A model generated the notes under the pieces. The model was not told where the DNA came from, searched no databases, and saw nothing but the letters and a program-made list of their open reading frames with translations. Position numbers and translations under genes: made by a program. A stretch of DNA of 60,914 nt, counting the filler, from Basidiobolus ranarum (lineage: Eukaryota), in NCBI GenBank assembly GCA_040143965.1. It is 6 parts of 6 records of this genome, joined end to end, with 100 filler letters (N's around TTAATTAATTAA, not from the genome) between each part and the next. Parts side by side here need not be neighbours in the genome. Positions count along the whole stretch, not along the records: positions 1 to 10,082 come from JASJQH010000743.1; positions 10,183 to 20,261 come from JASJQH010000744.1; 4 more parts are not named here. One strand, 5' to 3'. Positions 1-11,945 of the stretch are shown piece by piece (position 1 is the first letter of the stretch; every line of letters begins with the position of its first letter).

Positions 1-1263
1 TGTGCCCAGATAGGCGTGTTGTGAGGGACTTCACGCTGAGAAGGGAAAATATTGCCAGGGATCCACTGCTTCAAATTGATATACGCCCGAATTTTGCTAT
101 GTATAGAGGGGATTCCGCCGAGGTTAGCATCTTCAGGACGCATAATAATGGTTTTTTCGACGTGTTTTAGAAACTGCTCTTCCAAAAATTCACGCGAATT
201 ACCAATAAGATTCTGTCTGAATTTGACTGCTTCAAAGCTGTTGTGATCTTCGTTGGGATAAGCTCTAGAGCATCGGCTTTCCTCAAGAGATCCCATTAAA
301 TAGGCCTCATTAGTTTTGTGTCGTTCACCTGAAACAGTGAATAATAGTCTCCAGCTATCAATGATTTGTTGAGCCTTCATATCGCCACTAAAACTCTTAG
401 CAACCTCTTCAAAGGCATGAATGACACCATAAGTTTCGCCCATGAGGCGATGATCGTTGAGATCCTTGACGACCGAAGCATAACGAATCATTTTTGCGTA
501 AGCTTGCAGACCAGAAATATTTTGTTCATCAGATCGAAAGCTTCTATCTAATTGAGAATATCTCATTTCGGAACTACTCAAAAAGTTAGGAGTACTGAAA
601 TCCCTGTCTATCTCTTCAAAGCTTTTTCCCCTGTGCTGGCCAAGTTCTTCAAATATTTTCTTTTTTGATCTTTCCCATTCCAGTGAAGTAAGTCGCTCGC
701 AAGTGGAGTCGAAGTCACGAAGAGACTTGGGTGAACGTTTAGTACAACAAAACCATTTGTACCAATAAATCAATGCAAGTACCTGTCTCCTTCCTTCTTC
801 TATGGCACTAATAATAATTTGTTCATGTTCATGGCGTAAATGGCCCTATCATAGATGAAAGAGTCATTCATGGCTCAGATAAGGAATAGAGAATACACGG
901 ATACCTCAATATCAGTATCGTGAATTGGCTTTAAAGGTTCAAATGTAGCAAGAGGGTTAATAGAATTAAGTGTCTGGGTTAATTCCACAGTATTAATTCC
1001 GCCGTCAGTGAGGAGATAGTGACTAAGGAATGATCTAAAGAATCTTAATGCTTATTCTTTACAATACAGCTTCGCGTTCAAAGTTCGACTTACGCTCTAC
1101 TGTTGATTTCCACGCCAGTTCGGGCAGCTTTGGCAGCAAGTTTTCTAGAAGAGCTTTCTATCTGGCCAAGGCCTCTTTCGATCCGAGGGAGATCAATGGA
1201 AGAAGATATTTTGTCTGTCAATCGACGCGACTGTTCTAGAAGTTGTTTGAGATTCGCCGCCAT
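1..1263 (-). CDS. NIC96: Nucleoporin Nic96/Nup93, 5' part (multi-exon, runs off the contig start)
   Basis: Manual splicing gives MAANLKQLLEQSRRLTDKISSSIDLPRIERGLGQIESSSRKL...HYLLTDGG...FEPLKPIHDTDIE-GHLRHEHEQIIISAIEEGRRQ-SLRDFD...EWERSKKKIFEELG, the typical Nup93/Nic96 N-terminus. ATG at 1263-1261; GT-AG introns. Confidence 0.88.
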
Positions 1264-1459
1264 GGCAGTTGCTAACGTTCTAAGAAACAGAGATAGCCGT
1301 AATCGTGAATAATCTTTGAGGAAAACAACTTTATCTCATCAACTTTAATTTTGATCCCGTCAAACATATTTGAATTGCCCAAGTGAAACTTAAGGATATA
1401 CTAGACCAATCAGTCAGTCAATCAACATAACGGGTTTTCAATAAGCATTTAATGTTATA

Positions 1460-2200
1460 CCTTGACCATCACAGAACGATATACAGGTACTGCCATGGAG
1501 ACTGGGTTGCTAATGTCGAAACGTGAATAAAAGATGGCTCTGGTTAAGAAAAAAATCCAAGTAGTATCACATGCTTGGATTGGTAAAACGGATCCGCATT
1601 GATAGTAGGAAGAGCAAAGAATAGAAATGAATGCAACTACAAGGTTGAGCACATCAGAGTATTGATCTGACAGCTCTGGCGCATCTATGTGCTCGGCTTA
1701 TTGCTGATGGATGGCTTGTACTATTGTACTTGATTCATCCAAGCATGTCAGCTCTCATTCGTGACCCACAAACTCGTTGACATGCAACAAATCAAGTGAC
1801 GTTAACAAAGATTGCTAATAATGGAAGTAAATCACCAATTTAGATTAGAGGCAGTCCTACGACCTAGCAACAACGTTGTCAAATAGATGGAGTGAAAACG
1901 CTCAATCTATATATGGTTAATTTAGCTACTCGATGATGATTCTCTAGTAGGATATTTCCCCTTCGTCTAATGGATTGCATGTCGTCAGAGTAAAATATTC
2001 AATGAAACTATTCTAAGCCACCAACTAGTGAACCATAGATTCCTGGATGATTAGTAGGATGAGTCGAAGCAATGCCATTGCGTTTATTCTAACTTGGGTG
2101 ATTTAAATGGCCTTGTCTTGGTATTACTCGTTTACCACCATAGTTGGTATGTCAACAGATGAAGAGCTTGAGGTGAACATTATGTTTGCATCTGAAAGTA
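1460..2200 (+). ncRNA. Candidate large structured ncRNA of unassigned family (boundaries approximate)
   Basis: Dense stems whose non-Watson-Crick pairs are mostly G-U on the + strand: 1461-1468/1541-1548, 1554-1563/1572-1581, 1644-1654/1687-1697, 1743-1752/1776-1785, 1883-1910, and long-range 1828-1844/2088-2105. No credible ORF. Confidence 0.5.
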
Positions 2201-2591
2201 CTTCCTGATGGCTCATAAAATACATGTTTGATTAAAACGTATCTGCAAAGAGAGCGCAAGTTTAGATGGGGTAAGATTAAATCTTTTATAGGTACAAATG
2301 TGAAAAAGATGAGGAACAGGTGTGGTAAGGTTAAGGTAATCATACAACCAGACATGTATTAGATCGAGGGAAATCCAAAAAAAAGTATTTGTAAAGTTAC
2401 ATATAAATGTGAGTAATAAGAGTTTGGTAATCCGCAATGATCATGTCTGGTCAAGAATAGAAAACTAAGTATGCAAAGTGAACGCAAATTTGATAGTTAC
2501 GCAAATAACGGTGGGGTTCCTGTTCAACCGTATCGTTAGGATGAAAGGAAGATAAGTGTGGTGGTGTGCGTGCGAGTGTGGATAGTAACGA

Positions 2592-5122
2592 TTAGTAGCT
2601 TGGGACGGCATTTTGTGCATGCTTTAGTGTTTGTGTGAACTGAGTAGTGTCACCGCCGTCTTCTTCTAGGAAATTGTATCCATCATCTTCATTGGAAAGC
2701 TCCTCACCTTCATCTTCAAAATCTCTTAGCTCTTCTTCTTCTTCAGCGCCATACACTAGGCGATCATACTCTCCTTCGACATACTCATCCCAAGGACTAC
2801 GATGCATTAATTAGTCACTAATATTAATTTACAAAGCAGTGTATATGATAAACCTACTTTATGACTTTATCAAATAGCCCCATCTTTCGCTTCTTACGCA
2901 AGTGTCTCGGGCGACTTTCGTAATCAATGAAACGGGACAAGTTAAAGAACATGTCAAAGAATACATTTCCCTCTGGGCAGCTCTTCAGGTCCTTTAGAGT
3001 TATTATGCCCTCTTTTGCAGGCTTCACCAAATCTGACCTGAAAAATAACAGCCAACGAAGATATTAGCAATTGGAATCCAGAATTGATCCATTTTATCCA
3101 ACTTACATCTGACAAAAACAGTCATCTAAGCTGACATGCTCGACACCAGCATACTCCATACGTGCCAGTTGTTCCTCGTAAAAATACTCCAATTCGAATA
3201 CCGTAAGTAGGCCATCTCCATCGATATCCAAGCAGCGGAACCAATACTCGATTGCCGTCGATGTATTTTTATTAACCTCGGACAAGATGAACCCTAGAGT
3301 GGAAGCATATTTAAAATCGAGCGAAATAACCATACTAGTAGATACATTCACTTACAGACAAAATCTCTATAGCTCATTCTTGGCTCCGAAAAGCTGGTTA
3401 GTGGTAAGTCACTAATTTTACCATAACCGTCAATCACTCGTCTGATGATCTTGTCAGTTAAGGAGCCCTCCATATAACAAGCTAATTGATCTTCATTGAT
3501 TTCTAGGTCGTGATCCTGATCTAGCTCCCAGAATTTACAATATATCACGTAGAAATCTTTATAGGAAAAGCAGGTCTTGTACTGTATGATTGTTAGCATT
3601 TTGCGTGGAAGCGAATAAAGAAAGATGATATTACCTCGCCGGAATCTATTCCGTTCTCAAACTCTCGAACAATCTCAATAATCTGACCGCGCTTGAATTC
3701 CTGCAAGGTTAGTTTGCCGGTCCAGGTACGGTTGTAATCGTAGTAAAGACGTGCTACAACAGTCTCGGCTACATGTAAAGTTCATTGAGTCATGTGAATA
3801 TCTCTTGGTAGGTATCTTGTTTCATATATACCATATCTGTCCTGGAAGGTGGTGTTTCCGTTCAAAAACTCCAGCTCTGGATGACCACAGATTATATCTG
3901 ATAAAAGCGTATATTAGAGTCGTGCTATTTTGGGCAAGATTAACGAGTGACTCTAACCTTCCAGTACAACGTAGAAGTCTTCAGGAACTAAATAGTCGTT
4001 ATCATCTTGCTTCAATAAATAAAAAGCAAGTGAGGCTTCGTCGGTGAACTCTTCTTGGATTAACTTCCATCCCCTAAACCAAGAACTGGTTAGCACCAAG
4101 TCAACTACTGCAATATAGTGCAGAAGCCCTTACTTCATTAATTGCTCATAGCTAATGGAGTTTTCGCAATCAAACATGGCTTCAATCTTGCGAAATAACG
4201 CGAAAGTGAAATACCGAGGAAGTAGAAATGCTTCAGTAACTGGTGTGAATTTCTCGTCCGTCAGAGACCCTTTTTTGTTAAATAAAGGTCTCAAATTCAC
4301 CTACATCAAATAGACCGAAGCAAATTAGGAAACAACAAGGTAACTAATTTCATAAACATCAACTCTAACCAAGTTATTTGAAATTTGCTGGTGAAGAGCG
4401 GAAACAAGCTCAGGATCTCCACCAGGAAAATAGAAGCGTGGAATCAGTTTAGTGGATCTTGAGACAACTGGTTGTGCATCGTTTATTTTGGGCACTTCCG
4501 CCGATAGTTCAAAATCCTCCTTTGGTTCTGCTGGCAGTTGTGAACTGTCTGGAACCTCACAATCTTGGAATACTAGCTTTTTAGGTTTACGGGCGGCAAA
4601 GAAATCATTCAGCTCGTCTTCTGAGCAAAGACTACGACCAGATATAGGTGATAACGCTTCGAATTTAAGACGAGTTGCTTGTGTTGGAGAGGATATCTCA
4701 ACTGGTGAGCGCAGACGAGTGAGTGGTGAAGATGATAAATCAGTTGCATCAGTTTCTGTCGAATTATTTTCCGCATTAATATATTATTCTTGTATATTTC
4801 AATCAACTCTTATTATACCTATTTCAAACATGGGTGTTTTCGGTGATTTTCTGGTACAAACCGGGCTAATGGGTGCAGGAGAGCGTGGTGAGCTCTTCAA
4901 GTTGAAAGGGGAGCCCACTGGGGAGTTTCTTTCAGGGCTCAAAATGCCTGGGAACTTTTGTTTGAGAAACTCATTGTACCGTGGGGAATATGAGGCTCTG
5001 TCAATTTCATTTCGGACAGGGCTTGAAATAAAACGGTCCGTCACTTCGTCAATTTGAGGTGGTGGGGGTGCAGGACTTCTATTGTTAGCTTTAGGAGTTC
5101 TTATTGGGCTAGTGAATGCCAT
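2592..5122 (-). CDS. Protein phosphatase 2A regulatory subunit B'' (PR72/PR130 family, EF-hand), multi-exon
   Basis: Exons encode CFSYKDFYVIYCKFWELDQDHDLEI and NKNTSTAIEYWFRCLDIDGDGLLTVFELEYFYEEQ, hallmark PPP2R3 segments. SP-rich N-terminus; acidic C-terminus after SPWDEYVEGEYDRLV. Confidence 0.9.
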
Positions 5123-5617
5123 TGCAAGTACGTTGGAGAGGATTTAGGGAATAATTAACGAATGGGTTTATAAACCAGAGAATAGGGACGGAATGCTATA
5201 GGGAAAAGAGTGTTAGTTAAGACTGGCCACGAGCTTACGAAGGAATTATGTTATTATCGATGACTTTTTCTGGTAACTGAACAAAAGAATGGAATCAAAG
5301 ACCTCCAAAAAAGTATAATTTTCTAATTCTATCTAATTTTTTTTCGCTGTTTTGTTTACTTTTTCGAGTCAGAGTCAAAACAACAAGGAAGGTTAAGATC
5401 CCAAAAGAAGGCTACCCATTGGCTTAGCTTAAGATAGTTAAAGATATCGCAGTGATATATCCATTAATTCATGCATGTTTTTATTTATGCTTCCTTCTAT
5501 TTAGAGCTGTGATTTATAGGCAAATAATTCGCATCAGCATATATATAATTATAACGTATGTTGTTAAAATATGATGATTGTTTTTCAGCACATTTAGACA
5601 ACATTGACAGTAGAAAG

Positions 5618-7968
5618 TTAGAGACATCCATTGCATTTCCATATTCGCAGCTCTTCTCTAAAGTGAAAGAACATAAAATTATTAGGAGTACGGGGGAAAG
5701 AACTTGGATGGTCATTACGTACTCTGTGAGATCTCTCTGAATTGTTGGTTTGAGACAGAGCATATGGAAATAACGTCTACAAGATGAGCACTCAAGTAGA
5801 ATTAACCGACGATATTGGCGGTTGATCACTGTATTATTGACAAAACCGTATGTTTCTTGCATGGTATTCCATGCTTTGCCTTGACCTGGGTTTACTGGTT
5901 GCATCTCTTCGGAGATAGTGAAAGGAATACTCAATTTAAAGCAAATGCTACATTTTATCTTTTCGGTTTTCCTTCGAACGTGAGTATTATTACTTGGTTC
6001 AGTAATTCTCTCCAAAGAATTTCTATCTGGCGAATTACCAAAGAGCTCTTCCCAAAATGTTTCATTGTCGAATTCTTCTTTTACGGGGATATTTTCATCA
6101 TCGATACATATATCGGATACCTTGTTGTAACGATTTTGCTCCAAGAACTTTGATATTGTAGGCTGAAGACCACACGCTGACACTTCAGTCAGGAAATAGT
6201 TAATCACATTCTCCTCTGATAACTCCAATTCCTTTAGTAGCTGATCAGAGATTTGAAGGCCTCGAAAACTCCGAAGCAAGATTTTCTGTAAGGAACCCAG
6301 CTCTTGCTCTGCACCTTGAAGTTCCTCCGTAAAACGATTGATACTTTCCTCCAAACGTCGGCTTTTCTGTTTCTGAGTTCTCAAACTTTTCTCCAGTACA
6401 GCATTCTCACACGTTAGCTCGGCTATATTCCTTTGAACTGATCCAATACATAGAAGATCCAGATTCTGATAATGACTTCGACAGTAAATTCCAGGAAATT
6501 GATCCAACATCCGATCTCGTTGGTTTACCCACAACTTCCATATATTTAGCCTTACCGGATCTTTCGTGTGCTTTTTACAGAGAACAGTTGTGGCTCCAAT
6601 ATCGTTCCAGGTGTCATATAGGCCGTAATCATAGGCACATGTTACGTGTAAACAATTGCGACATTTTCCCGCTTCACATTTGATACTTATGCCTTGAACT
6701 GCCTCCGCTTCATCACAGACACAGCATTTCTTGGATAACAGAGACAGTGATATGAGTAACTGCCAAAGAATATGCGAAGAAACTCAACTTACCGTTTGCC
6801 AAGATTTCCCTAGAATTTCGTTGATCTTTAGCCTGTCTCTTGCGTATTCAACGTTTATATCGGTCGGAATTATCCACATTGCACAAATCACGTGCACCCA
6901 ACCATCAGGAACATCCTGAACTCTCCAGAAAGCACCGACTAGAGAAGGGCACAATAAACAAGTCTATCAAAAGAGTTGGCATCAGTTAATTCCACCATGA
7001 GCTAACAACAACGTACCACAACATCGTCAGTATTTGAAGCACATCGATCACAATACCAATTCCTGTCTTTGGGTATTGGACCGAGGCCGTAACATGCTAA
7101 TGATTTAAACAAGCGAAGGGGAATAGAATTCAGAAAAGGATATTCGAATGGAAGAGAAATCAAGAAATTCAAGAGAGACTCACTTCGGTGTACAGAAACT
7201 TCACAATAATCACCGTCGCACCACACTAACTCATCATTCGATTGAGTACTATTTTCATCCAAGCAAATACAACACATATCTGGACCGCTGTATTTCTATA
7301 AAAATTCTCAATTTAGCTATTTGTTAGACCATCAGCCAAGTGTTAAGTCGAGTTACCCAATTATGCAGTCTCTCTTCGATTGGAGTCGAGACCACCTCTT
7401 TGCTGGTTTCTGTACTCGGTGGATTCGAACTCGGCGGCTGGACCTCGTCGATACCTTCATCGTCAGAGACAACGACCACCTCAAGATCCTGGCTCTTTCT
7501 AGTCCGTCTATGAGGACGCAATTCAAATACCAAATCATGATCATCAAATGTGACTTTCTTTTTTGGACGTCCTCTCATCTCTTCAATCGATCAATCTCAT
7601 TGAGTTTCAAGAAGCTATTGACGAAGCCTAAAACAAAGGATGTGACCTACTTTTCTTCAGATTCGGGGAGATCTTTGGTCTTGTTACTTGAGGTTGCGAT
7701 ACATGTGGTTGAGGAGATTCTCTCGGATGTTGAGGATTCTTCTCTAGGATCGTATCTATCAAGAACAGATGAAAATAAGCAAAGACTTGAATGTATGACA
7801 ACTTGGTAGGTTACCATTTTCAGACTCAGTGCTGTCAGATGTAGAACTTTGAGGGCTCTCAGACCCTTTACTGGAACAGGATTCAGTAGAAGATTCAAAC
7901 ATTAGATCCGGAGACCAATGTAACTTCTCATTGTTAAGGAAATTCGAGTAACGTCGAGCCGACTCCAT
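5618..7968 (-). CDS. PZP (PHD-Zn knuckle-ePHD) chromatin reader with coiled coil and C-terminal PHD (PHF14/AF10-like), multi-exon
   Basis: CCICLDENS...LVWCDGDYCEVSVHR-ACYG...WYCDRC; CLLCPSLVGAF...WVHVICAMW; CCVC...IKCEAGKCRNCLHVTCA; coiled coil in ORF 5497-6534; final PHD CSIC...CSSCRRYFHMLCLKP spliced to IWKCNGCL* (stop 5618-5620). Confidence 0.8.
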
Positions 7969-8589
7969 AAGAAGTTGCTACGCTTCAAATCGATAGTTAT
8001 GTTGTATTGTTATTCGTAAGTGTAAAACTGTTTACCCGTAATCAATTCTCAAAGATCGAAATTGATCTCGCAAAGGAGTAGAAAAGCAAGAGGAAGAGAT
8101 CCCATTGATGACATCCCCAAACAATCTATCAAGTATCTTTCATCTGGTGGATGGAACCTATTTGTTCATGTAAAATCAGTGGAATTATATCCCGAAACCA
8201 ACTAGCCAAATTGAACGTGTAAGGATATATCTCAATCCACTTTCTAGAAGGATCTTCGTTGAGAGATATGAATTTGATTGATGGGCTTATAGATTTAATT
8301 TATTGAAATTCCACGATATTGAATAGAAACTTCGTCTGTCAAAGAAAGCTTATCATGCACCCATGTTATTAGGAGTGAATAAGCCGCTATATCTTTGTGT
8401 GTAATTAAGGCGTATTATATCGATAGTTCCCCCAAAGAGCACCTCCATTTAACAAAGATGAACTTTAGATTCATTTTGGACGTTGATATTGATGGTATCA
8501 TAGATAATCCGCCAGATAATCAGTAGAATCAATAATATAAAACACGACAAAGGTTTGAAGATCAAAAAGTTCACGAAGAATAACACAGC

Positions 8590-9267
8590 ATTTTTATTGC
8601 TTGAACACGTCTAGTATTATTAATTAGTATAATGATGAAGTAATATGGCCATACGGTTCTGTCGATCAACACATACACACGAGTACACATGCTTCTAGAA
8701 TCTAAAGTAAACACACAACAGCTATGGACTACCTAAACGACACTTTCACCACGTAGTCACAAACATCGTCCTATAAAAAGGAAACTAGGACTGAAATCAC
8801 ACTAACTTCGTAGTCACACCCTCCAACAAAATTCGATAATAAAACCGAAAAAGTTTGCTCACTAAGGGGGAGCTCTACACAACAGCTCACTAGAAAGGAA
8901 TCTCTCCTGACGAGAGGCACACGAAGGCTTGTACGCTCCAATAAATGTGAAGGCTTGTACGCTCCAAAGAAATCATCACTGGGCAGATTACATGTAAAGA
9001 ATACATCATACGAGTTTTCGGGGGGTTTACAGCGGTGAACAGGAAACTGAAGACTTTGATAGACATTCAAGAGCAGAGTAGATACAAAATTATATCGGAA
9101 GAACATCAGACGCGTCAAAGGGACAATTGAAGTCTCTACATAAAAAGCAAAGGGCCAGAGTGAGTACCTACGGAAAGAAGAACATCATAGTTACCAAGGA
9201 AGCGAAGGGAAGGTGATATGAGAACTGTTTGAATGGAGATCTGTCAACGCAGTACTTTATTTATATA
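8590..9267 (-). other. Putative non-coding or short-peptide transcription unit built from paired direct repeats
   Basis: Minus-strand TATATAAA at 9260-9267, AATAAA at 8593-8598, five pairs of exact 8-19 nt direct repeats in between; the 115-aa ORF is not protein-like. Confidence 0.35.
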
Positions 9268-10082
9268 GTTTTTTGAAAAGTGCTACGATGCTACGTAATA
9301 AATGGATCAAGCAAATATCATATCAACAGGTGCCTGGAACTCCGTAGTGCAGAAATTCTGCAAATTACTACTGACTAAGTACGTATAGATAGAGTCTGAT
9401 GATTCAGAAATTACATTCCAGGTTTCACAGGTTGCCCAGCGACCAATTGAGACATGCTACATGTCTTGATTTGAAATTCCATGTTGGCCAGGCCAATGGT
9501 GTAATCCTTAACCGGCTCGGCGCACGATGTTCAAACGAGGTTGATAGAGGATGAAGTTCGAAGGTTCTGCGACCATTGAGTTCAGAATTTATTGACGATA
9601 ACTGCGGTTAGATTCAATGAGGGCGGATATCTGCCAGTACGAACAGGATTGATTCATGATTGTATAAGAGAAATTGAAATCCATTTTTCCACTGTATTTT
9701 ACGTAAGATTCAATATGTAGTAATTCCAGAATGTCCTATTTGTTCATTGAAGGACTTTTGTTGTCGACACATTGCAACTGTAAACACTTTCAACTCCGGA
9801 GCTCATCAACACACAATTGCTTGAATTAAATATTGTTCGAAATAGCGATTCCGTGGTCGCAGCCAGAAAAATAATGGCAAGTCCATAATGAGCGGAAAAT
9901 CAATGAACAGCCTTAGAGGATGGAAATTGACACACTTCGGAGGCTTTTACGCTCCTGGAGGCTTCTATGCTCCAAGATGAAAAACATTTCGTAAATTACA
10001 TGACTAATTCTAGACATGGAAGCCAAAAGGCGATGGTACTCAATGAGCGTAGGTTTTGGAATCTGACAAACATGAGAGAGCG

Positions 10083-10182
10083 NNNNNNNNNNNNNNNNNN
10101 NNNNNNNNNNNNNNNNNNNNNNNNNNTTAATTAATTAANNNNNNNNNNNNNNNNNNNNNNNNNNNNNNNNNNNNNNNNNNNN
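10083..10182. other. Artificial contig linker (N44-TTAATTAATTAA-N44)
   Basis: 100-bp spacer with stops in all six frames; identical at all five gaps. Confidence 0.98.
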
Positions 10183-10530
10183 TTCAATAACTCATTTATT
10201 GAGTGGAAGGTTGTTAGGAGCGGTTTGGAGCACTAGAAGAATAGATGGTTTCCACTTTTTCATTTGCTGAGTAGAAAGCTGAAATTTTAGTTTTATCAAG
10301 ATGTAAACAAACACGCTTGTAGAATGTTTTAAGGAAGGCCCAAAGAACATGAGTTCAGAGTCTGAGGCCTCTAGAATAAAAGTAAAAAGATTATATATCT
10401 GAGAACTTCATAGTAGGTAAAATATTCTAAGTATATTCCAATTGGGAGTAGTGGATGATATTTTAGTGCAATATGAAATACCTCAATACTACGCTATATA
10501 TGACTATATTAGTGCTTAAGCTATTTCAAC
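10183..10530 (-). mobile_element. Degenerate Ty1/copia LTR copy
   Basis: Colinear similarity to the LTRs at 11008-11337 and 50290-50638 (GAAGGCCCAAAGAACAT, GCTATATATGACTATA, ATTTCAAC). Confidence 0.75.
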
Positions 10531-11007
10531 TTTAACAAAGTTGGCATTTATACTTTTGTCAAAAAGCTGATACACCATCATGTATAGTACAGAGCTTATG
10601 GTGCTCTGAGCAAGTTTATCAAAGTCAAATAATCTGAGACCTTCTAAATGTTGGAGTATTTTGGAGTTAGATATAACAGGCTTGGAGGAATTAGTCAAAT
10701 TGGTACACCTGAATATCTTGGACAATTGAGATACTTCTCTGTTTAAGTTACTGTATTTTCTTACTATTAAAGTGGCTAAAACAGTGCCACAAGTTGCCAT
10801 AAATATACAATGATTACCTTCACCATGACGTTGCCGATATATTAACCAAGCTACTAGCTAGGCAGAAATTTGAGAAAGTTAGACCTTCCTGATGATTATT
10901 TTATGTAAACATTTGGCAATAGGAGGGCATTGAAATTAGTATTACTTGAGCACCTACATAGTCATATATAATTTAGTATTTAGTCATTCCATATTTCACT
11001 AAGATAC

Positions 11008-11337
11008 TGTTAAAGTAATTTGGGAGCCTGTTAGAAGTGGTTTGAAGGAATAGAGAAGCTGATGATTTCCACATATTGCTTTATTGAGTGGAGAGTTGAC
11101 ATTTATGGTTTTTTTTTAAGATGTGGACAAACTAGCATACAGAGTGTGTTAAGAAAAGTCCCAGGAGCATGTGTGCAAAGTCTGAGGCTTCTGGCCCATG
11201 TTTGAAAAATCTGTATATCTGCAAACTTCTAAATAAATTCCAATTGAGAATAGTGGATGATATCTTAGTGGAATGTAGGATAACTAAGTACTAAGCTATA
11301 TATGACTATAGGTGTTTAGGCTATGCTAATTTCAACA
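11008..11337 (-). mobile_element. Solo Ty1/copia LTR
   Basis: TGTTAAAG...TTTCAACA termini, 330 bp, flanked by GATAC/GATAT (5-bp target-site duplication with one mismatch); same family as the LTRs beside the copia pol/gag fragments at 49.5-50.8 kb. Confidence 0.85.
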
Positions 11338-11614
11338 GATATCACTCACTATTCTCAAGAGGAATTTGATTAGAATATTCTTATCAGCTTAGAAGTTCCC
11401 AGATATATAGCTGTTTTCAAGCTCGTGATCAAAGCCTCAAACTTAGCACACAAGTTCCTGGGATCTTTCTTTACACAACCTACATATACGTTTATTTACA
11501 TTGCAACAAAACTATATATTGCAACTTTCTACTCAATAAATCAATTAGTGAACAGCACTGTTTTTTCTAGTTCTCCATGCCACTTCCAACAAATGCCCAA
11601 AATACTTCAACAAC

Positions 11615-11945
11615 ACTAAGCTATATATTACTATATTGGTGCATAGGCTATATTAATTCGAATAGTTTTCACTTGATAATTTATCAGGCGTTGGTTGACA
11701 TCCATACTGATATTAAGAAGTAGGCAAACAATGTGTTGAATATGTTCAGCAAGGTGCCAGGAGTATATGTACGAAGTTTGGGAGCTCTTGAACAAGTTTG
11801 ATAAAATTATACATCCTCATTACTTCCAAATTAGTAAAGATATTCCCAGTACGTTCACAGTGAAGCTATTGAATAATGTCATAGTAAGTATAGGTAACTA
11901 ACTCTATGACTATATAGATGCTTGAGCTATATTACTTTCAAAAGA
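11615..11945 (-). mobile_element. Highly degenerate LTR fragments of the same family
   Basis: CTAAGCTATATATTACTATA and AAGGTGCCAGGAGTATATGT motifs match the LTR consensus. Confidence 0.55.

Noticed and set aside
1641-1791. H/ACA snoRNA or snR30/U17 (hairpin followed by ACA at 1787)
   Set aside because: No H box between the hairpins, no proper pocket or upper stem, and m1/m2 motifs do not match.
4452-5057. 201-aa + strand ORF and other antisense ORFs over real genes (e.g. 7321-7809, 28193-28477, 37818-38168, those within the NRPS, 59601-59930)
   Set aside because: Shadow frames of genes on the opposite strand.
8923-8967. CRISPR-like repeat
   Set aside because: Only two 19-nt copies with a 7-nt spacer, eukaryotic context, no cas genes.
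8700-9200. Box C/D snoRNA cluster
   Set aside because: TGATGA and CTGA motifs occur, but I found no convincing rRNA-complementary guide or terminal stems.
10127-10138. TTAATTAATTAA recurring every ~10 kb
   Set aside because: Assembly linker inside N runs, not biological.
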